Below, piece by piece: positions 56,591-64,000 of a stretch of 64,000 nucleotides of DNA (position 1 is the stretch's first letter; every line of letters starts with the position of its first letter). The notes beneath the pieces are model-generated. The model searched no databases and was not told the origin of the DNA. It worked only from the letters and a program-made list of their open reading frames with translations. The DNA comes from Balanoglossus misakiensis. Taxonomy: Eukaryota > Animalia > Hemichordata. The position numbers and the translations under genes are program-made. The stretch spans positions 3,924,093 through 3,988,092 of the forward strand of contig CM082587.2 in NCBI GenBank assembly GCA_040954595.2, read 5' to 3'.

Positions 56591-56604
56591 CCAGTAGAGG
56601 GCGC
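56591..56604 (+). promoter_or_regulatory. CTCF-like motif CCAGTAGAGGGCGC
   Basis: Matches the CCASYAGRKGGCRS core consensus; lies between two divergent genes. Confidence 0.45.
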
Positions 56605-58216
56605 AACTCTCGAAATTGGCCGTTTTGGCCTTGAGGGTTCCGACGAAGAAACACTTCTTCATGTATGTGCACATGTACAGATGGGAGAGTTGGAAGCTTC
56701 AGTTTATGTACATTGGCATTTTTCCACCATTTCTGCGTATTTTTTTCCGATTTAAACGAGACATACTGCCAAGCTGATATGTAGGGTGAAGCGCAACAAT
56801 AAAACGTTTTGGAACGTTCAAGTTAGTGGCCTCCGAGTCAGTATCCAGGTATCATTAATTTTATCTGCATTGCACAGGGCGTGAGGCCCTGTCAAGAGTG
56901 TACTGCTGTTTCACACACTTCATTGAGGATTGAACATTGCCCGTTTATTAAAGCATAGACCCGTCGCGAGTGCATGGTCAGTTCGTGGTTAACTCACGCA
57001 CAGTCCAAAGTCGAACATATCATTGATACATGTACATTGTACATGTAGTTGTAAACTCCATCGGTAAACTGTTACACCAACGAAAGTGCCAGGATGTAAG
57101 GTCGTGTGGCCAATTTTTAAAGGTCCGAAAGTGAAACAAGTTTTGCTATAACTACATTTGTGACTGCATTATTTTGTTCTTTTAATACCAGTACATGTAC
57201 GTGTGTACTTCTGTTTTGAATTGACACACCCGACCCTTAAGCAAGCGCATTGTCAACGACGACAGTTGTACCCTGACAATTTCTGTACCTTGTTTGTGTT
57301 TGTAAATCTTAGGTCAGATCAGGTCAATGCATGTTTACAGCAGAGTTTGGGACAATGCCCGACTTGACCCCTTACATGTTTGCTGACTGAGGATTGACCA
57401 GGCCGTGTCTGAGCTGATGTGATAAAACCATGACGTATGCTGTGAATTGATGTTGCCAGTGCATGGTGTGGGTTTTGTAGAAATAACATGGAAAAATACC
57501 TGGAAAAGATACTTCACTATCAGACATTCTTAGTCTTAACCCATAAGGCACTAGTTGCGTGTCTCGAGGTAAAATGATAAACATTTTGCCTGGCATTGGT
57601 TGGACCAATCACAGCACAGCGACTTCGGCCAATTTCACGTCAATAAATTAAAATACAGGATGACCGTCCGACCGATGACCAAATGGAATTTACACAGTGG
57701 AGTAGTGATTTTTATGTTTTCCTCGTGTTCAAAAACATGCACGTAGCAAAGAATATGAAGGTTTGGGGACTATGATTTTTCCGACAATCTGTCCCGGGGT
57801 TCGTGCGTACTACATGTACTTTAAGAAGAAACCACAGATCACCCCATCATTGACTACAACCTCGATTGTATGTAAATTTTGTATAATGTGTTCAAGGTTC
57901 CCCTTTTGAAGATGAGACTCCACCGACATCAGGCTATATTCTCTCGTCGAATGGTTTTATTAAAAAGAATCTGTGTTTACGGATGAAGAGTTCACATAGA
58001 ATTCACGCTGATTATTCCTAAAAATAGAGACGTAATATCGTCTGACCTGGTGACGTCAACTGATGAGTCTACCTTTTCGTGACCTTTTGTTTTGTTAGGA
58101 ATTCACACTGCGCATGAGCATCTTTTTAGCTAAACCTGCACAAATTCCTTCTTGTCTACATGTAGATCACTGGAACCTTTCACACAGTACAGAAATCTTT
58201 CAAGCTTGTAAAACTG

Positions 58217-58305
<89 letters not shown>

Positions 58306-58336
58306 CCACCACCATCACCACCACCACCACCACCAC
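58217..58336. repeat. (CAT)29 followed by (CAC)n trinucleotide microsatellite
   Basis: Directly visible; explains the spurious poly-S and poly-M ORFs. Confidence 0.95.
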
Positions 58337-58904
58337 GACTACTGAAAGAGATCGCCCCCCATCCCTCGCGCTCGACCCCCCCCCCCCACTACAAGTCGAA
58401 AACAATCGTACATTCCTGTTCTTCAGGGTGCAGAAAGTATGTACATCCGAATGTGTCAATCAACTTTTATATGAACTGGAAAATTCCGATGGCGCGTCTT
58501 GTAAAGAGATGTTTGATTCAGTGCAATCATTGTTTGCAAATTACATGTCATCGTGCCCTTGAGCCAAATTGCGGTCAACCGAGAAGAGCTTCGTAAGACT
58601 CGATTGTCGAATCAGCCGGCATATCGGCGACGAACCCCTTATAAGTGGACCTCCCAGGCTGATCAAAATCGGCCATCTCTGGCAGTTGCTCTATCTTCTC
58701 TCGAAAAAGCAACGACAGAAGACACCGCGCAAGAAATCAATAGATAAAAGACACGAGGAAAACCATAAATAATATGTTTTAAGAACATTTATTTCAGAAA
58801 CTGATCTGATCTGAAGCATTTATGGTAACTGTGCCACTCTTCAATCTTAATAAATTAAACTGTTGTGATTTTGGTAGCTTAGGGGGTCTCCCTTTTGAGG
58901 GTGG

Positions 58905-58913
58905 GTATATATA
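58905..58913 (+). promoter_or_regulatory. TATA-like box of the transferrin/MYP-like gene
   Basis: TATATATAT about 80 nt upstream of the signal-peptide ATG at 58988. Confidence 0.5.
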
Positions 58914-58987
58914 TTGGAGTTTGGGGGTAAAGTTTTTCACACCGCTGCAGAACTATACGCAGAGGACACCGCAGACGTTGAAGTACT

Positions 58988-61900
58988 ATGAAAACGCTGC
59001 TAATCCTCGCCGTTGCCGTTATCGGTCAGTTGGTTATAATTATGTTTTCTCAACTAACGGGTTGAGAAAATTTTTTTTTATGTTCTGTAGAATTTCGCAA
59101 CAAAGTTTTTTTTTTCATTTTCAGCAATTTGTAGATTCCGCTTGTCTCTTGACGTGATATTTTTCCGACATTGTGGCATGAAGTCTTCGTCTTTGAAGGG
59201 CGGGGTTTGTGTCTACGTTTCCATAAGTCTGGTGATATTTAATACACATTTGAGTGTAACTGTATCATGATATGTAAAAACATGTGTTGTCTCTCTTAAG
59301 TGCGCGCGAGCGAGAGAGGGGGAAAGGAGAGGGGAGAGAGAAAGAGACGGGAGAGGAAGAGCAGACAAAGAAAGACAGAGAGACTGAAGAGAGAGGGAGG
59401 GAGACACAGAGATAGACAGAGGCAGACAGATACTCGGAGACTGAGGAAGTCACAGTGATTGCGGGGAAGGCGATAGATTCGTGTTGTAAAAAAAAAAAAA
59501 AATAACGCACTGTGTTTACTTGATGCCCTTCAAGGTGTGCAAAATGTTATGATGTTTTGAGACATCAAGCATCCGGCACGGTCTCGCGCCAAACCTAAGT
59601 CCAGAGAGAGAGCGACTTTTGGTGTCAAGGTCCTATCTATTGTCACGTGGTGACTTTGTTTTTCCCTAGTCAGATCAGACAATCGCGTGTAACCCTTGAT
59701 GTTGCTCAGGTATAGGTCGATAGATAATTCTACCCGGACACTCATAAAAGAACGCAAGCGGAAAAATATATCTCCTTGCAACCAGTCATTTGCATACAAT
59801 GGGGGGTATATGTTTTGGCGTTTCAGTGCAGCTGACCTGAGGTGGCTACCTGTTTTGACGGTTATGAGATGAACAAGACCGTAAAACCGTCAATATTCTA
59901 TAGATACTCCCATCGATTGTGTTGGTAAAAATCACGCCACACCACTTATAGCTATAGCACTGACACTAGCGTCAACTCTTGCTCGGGTCAGCGAGAGGTA
60001 CGCGTGGCCCCTCCAAGTTGGTCTTTTCTGACTTTTTGTCACGTGAGTCAGGTCGAGAAGGACGCCGCCACCGTTGAATCAAACTGCGATTATTAAGTAT
60101 AAAAAAGCGACTGCGGTGGCGACAAATCACAGGGTATTACCTGTGGTTTTTTGTTGTAGTCTGTAAAAGAATTGCTCATTATTAATTTTTTCAACACTGT
60201 AGCCACTAGAATTCTTATTGTCGAAAACTGAATAATTCAAGTCCGGACTTTAATTCTCTTAGCAATAGCTGTTACTCATATACAGGCTTCGTTGAAAATC
60301 TAAAGACCGGACATTTCATAAATCTCATGATTCAACAAGACACCAGATCTAGGGTTGATAGATTGTGAAAAATAACGAGAAAATAGCCAAAACTTTATAG
60401 AGTTACAAATCTTTTCACGATTTCAACTGTTTCCTTTCAATCCAGGCACGTTGGCTGTGGACTATGAGCCTCCAAATCCCCACGAGATCATCCCAACAAG
60501 CGATCACATTATTCGCTGGTGCGTCCACACTCCGTGTGAACAGTACAAGTGCTGGCGAATGGCCAATCAGTTCACATACAATATTCAGCCGCGCAAGACA
60601 CACGTTTGTCTCATGGCAACGAGTCCCGACCATTGTCTGAATTGGTGAGTAATGTACCTTTGCACTCCTAGTGATGTTCGTCAATGAATTTGCGATTCAG
60701 TCGACTTTTAATTGTTGTTATTTGCATGATAAAATTTCCACAAGTATTTGCATTGTAGGATTGAAAATGGTTATGCTGATATTGTGGTCGCACGTGGTGA
60801 ACAGATCTGGAAGGCACACAGAGTCCACCATATGAAGCCAATCGCGTACGAGCTTCCAGTGTACAAGGTAAACTTTATGAAGGCAAAGTACTTGCAACAG
60901 TGATTTGTGCATATGCAACATCCATGAGTGATGAGCACGAGTGCGTATGGTGCTGCTTACAGAGACTATAGCCACCAACAGCACGGATATAAATAATTTC
61001 GTCGCTGAGGGCGCTACTTTGACACTTTGTTTTTGGCCGGGCCTGGTGGGGATGGAGCCCGGGATGGGAATGCAATTGCAACCGAGTTGCGCTACCTCTG
61101 GACTTTTTGCAAACATGGAAAGGTGGGTTGCTCACGCAGGTACAGGTGGTGAAGTGTTAAAAACACAGACTATTTAGAGCCGACGATAACCTCTCCATCC
61201 CTCACCCTCCATCGCATCCTCCTCCTTCTTCCTCCTAAAGCTCTCTCACTGATGGCCCCCTTGATAATCTACTAGTACGTTTATGTAATGTTGCTATGTG
61301 TACCCGCAATATTTTTACAGTTGAAAATGTAAACATTTTGTTTACTTGTTGACTTTTGAATTCGTTCAGGGCAAAGAGCGTTTGCAACACTGGGAGAGCA
61401 TCAGCGTTGCCGTGGTACCCAAATCCTCCCACATCAGCCATCTTAATGACCTGGAGAACACACAGTCATGCCATGCTGGCGTCGATCACACCAGTTCATG
61501 GATGTCACCAATGTGCTCTCTCATCCACAATCATATCATTCCAAACAAGGGAAATATGGTCGAAAGTGCAGCACATTTCTTCAGCAAGAGCTGTGTACCA
61601 GGTAGGTTCGACATTATAATAATTTATGCACATAAATTAGGGACTGGCCAGTCTCTTCAGCCAGGGGGGGGGGGGTGGATTCTATTTTATGGATATCAAA
61701 AAGTGACTACCCCCCCACTTAAGCATGCATATCACCAGGGTCTTTTCATGTACTTCTTGAAATTCCTTGGTAGGTGTTCTGGACAAGAACTACGACGTCA
61801 ACGGCACCAACCCTGAACATCTTTGCGAGATCTGCAACGGAAACAAAGAAGACAATTCCTGGTGTGACAAGACCCGCGATGGCTATTCTGGTTTCCATGG

Positions 61901-63918
61901 CGCTGGGAGGTGCCTGGAAGAGGGCAAAGGTCACGTGGCTTTCTTGGATCACAACCACATTCCGGAGTTCAAGGAACAGTTTGGTAAGTGGAAACTCTGG
62001 GAGGAATGCATATATGTACAAGAAGCTTTTCATGGAAATTATACTGGTATTATATTTATCTGGTAACTTAAAGTGAGTATATATAGTCTTTTCCGGCCCA
62101 TGCTTTTAAAAATTATTTTTCCAATCTGCGTCAGACAAATCCATGCACTTACAATTCTGAACATGCATTGTCTTCTCAGGAAACGATTACAAACTGGTCT
62201 GCAAGACCGGCACCGCAGATCTGGATGACTGGAAGGTTGAAGACTGCCATATTGGATATGTGCCACGTCCGACCATCTTCACCCATCAGGACCGTAGCAG
62301 CACCTATCGCAATGACATCTGGGACATTCTCAGCAGTGCTGTCACAGTATGGATCTATCCAACATGACAATCTTGCTTTAATTGTTTCACCCTTTAAACT
62401 TGAGAAAGTCACCAACTTTTAAACATTATTTTGGTGATTTTCCCCTCTTTTGATAGGCTATGTATGTTGTACTACAGGAGCCTTATAAGATTTTGTATCA
62501 TACCCTATAGCCTTTTCTAAAACCCAAAGCAAACCCTCTGGGGGAGCTCACATCCTATAGTACATCCGTCACGAGTCATATAGGATATATGTTGCCTTGA
62601 GGGTTACTACAGGATTCCTACAAGCTTTTTAACACAGCAGATCTAGACCAATTTTGTGCTGTGAAATTTCAATATAGTGATATATACGATGGTTGGAATA
62701 TGCTTTTTTTCAGCACTTCTCCCGAGATGACAACATGAACTTGTTTTCCTCCGACGACTACATCTGCAGAGCCGACCCCAACCCGACAGATCTGATCTTC
62801 CGCGACGACACCCACGAGTTGGTGCACATCGAGGAGGACAAGACGTCGTACATCAACAAGTTCTTGGACGTCTATGACACCTGCGAGCACATGACGCCCA
62901 AACCACGCGCCAAGTTCTGCGTGGTCACCCAGGAGGCGTACACCAAGTGTACGGAAATGAAGAGGCACTTCTACAGAACTGACAAGGTCAGATAATACAC
63001 AGAGAAGCATTTGGGAATTTCTTTGTGTTTCCTCCCTATAGGAAGTATGGTATCTGTAGTTCCCAGAACCAAATTCAAATTCAAATCTGTCATTTCCACC
63101 AGGTCAATGAGGTCAGCTGGGGCTGTCTGTGGGCACGTGACAAGATGGAGTGCATGAAAGCTGTGCACAATGGAACCGCCGACCTGATCTCACTGGATCC
63201 CATGGAGACTTTCATCGCCGGCCATGATTTCCATCTCCACCCAGTCCTCAGCCAGTACTTTGATGTCTTCCAAGAGGTAAGTAATCCACCAATCAGCTGT
63301 GATGTTACAGATGAATGTATAGTACGATACAAATGCAGGCTCAAAAAGCCAATCGTATTGGGCGTCCTGTCTGTGGCTGTGGGTATGGGCCCCATGCAGC
63401 ACAGTTGCTATAGTGCTAAGAGTAACTGCTACAATATATATGAGACTGATAAAAAACCCACAATTTATTCAATTTTGGGTAAGCTGACCAAGAAACATTC
63501 AGAATATGAATATTTGGAATAACTGAGACTGACTATTTTCATGCTTTCAGGAGAAAAATGGCAAGAAGTCGTACAACTGGGACACAGAGACCTACACCAT
63601 TGGTGTCATGCTGAAAAGTGTATACCAAGAGAAATTTGGCCGCGACAATGACTGGGTCCGTCTGGAAGGCCTCAATACCTGTCATTCAGGAATCTCTAGA
63701 GTAAGGACCTTGACATTGAACAAGTCTGTGATTTTGTTGGTCCTGTGCCGAAATCATGATGCTCAGAAATACCGGTAATTCATTTCTGTCCTCTTGTACA
63801 TGGCAGGTGTCAGCTTTCCATCACCCCATTGGTTGGCTCTTGGCCAATGGCACCATGCAACGCTGTCGATCTGTCTTCGAGTCTGTCAACCGATTCTTCC
63901 ATCGCAGCTGCATTCCAG
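58988..63918 (+). CDS. Secreted transferrin-superfamily protein resembling major yolk protein/toposome; exons 58988-59024, 60446-60644, 60759-60867, 61370-61601, 61774-61983, 62180-62346, 62714-62986, 63103-63276, 63551-63700, 63807-63918; continues past the window end
   Basis: Signal peptide MKTLLILAVAVIGTLA; transferrin-lobe motifs IRWCV, SVAVV, SCHAG, FFSKSCVPG, LCEIC, GAGRCLEEGKGHVAF, YKLVC; second lobe KFCVV, ECMKAVHNGTADLISLD, TCHSG, FFHRSCIPG; all phases consistent. Confidence 0.92.
59310..59432. repeat. Purine-rich (GA) low-complexity tract in intron 1 of the transferrin-like gene
   Basis: Directly visible. Confidence 0.85.
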
Positions 63919-64000
63919 GCAAGTGGAGATTGTTTTTTCAGAAATACAGTGTATACTAGTAACATATAAAAGAACAATATTTTTAGTTTTTAATGATGTA

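Noticed and set aside
58114-58596. Poly-Ser/Pro and poly-Met ORFs
   Set aside because: Artefacts of the (CAT)n/(CAC)n microsatellite

Overview
Intron-rich animal DNA, most likely an ambulacrarian invertebrate such as a hemichordate or echinoderm (inferred from the MYP-like gene). Three genes are present. (1) Minus strand, about 42.7 kb to the window start: the 5' two-thirds of a Cav2-type voltage-gated calcium channel alpha-1 gene. I rebuilt it exon by exon from a distal N-terminal exon to domain III S5, with all splice phases consistent and two U12-type introns (one AT-AC, one GT-AG). (2) Minus strand 54947-56371: an intronless BACK/Kelch-like ORF with no BTB domain and a mitochondrial-presequence-like N-terminus. 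(3) Plus strand 58988 to the window end: a secreted transferrin-family gene resembling major yolk protein/toposome, with degenerate iron ligands. The main result is in Cav2, which has two tandem duplicated, phase-matched exon pairs. One pair encodes the domain I voltage sensor (IS4; the alternative copy loses the outermost Arg). The other encodes the domain II S4-S5 linker plus S5 (two 132-nt exons). These helices are neighbours in domain-swapped channels. The introns around both pairs contain long inverted repeats and perfect TACTAAC motifs, suggesting an RNA-structure-controlled and possibly coordinated splicing switch. All pairings and alignments were read by eye, not computed.
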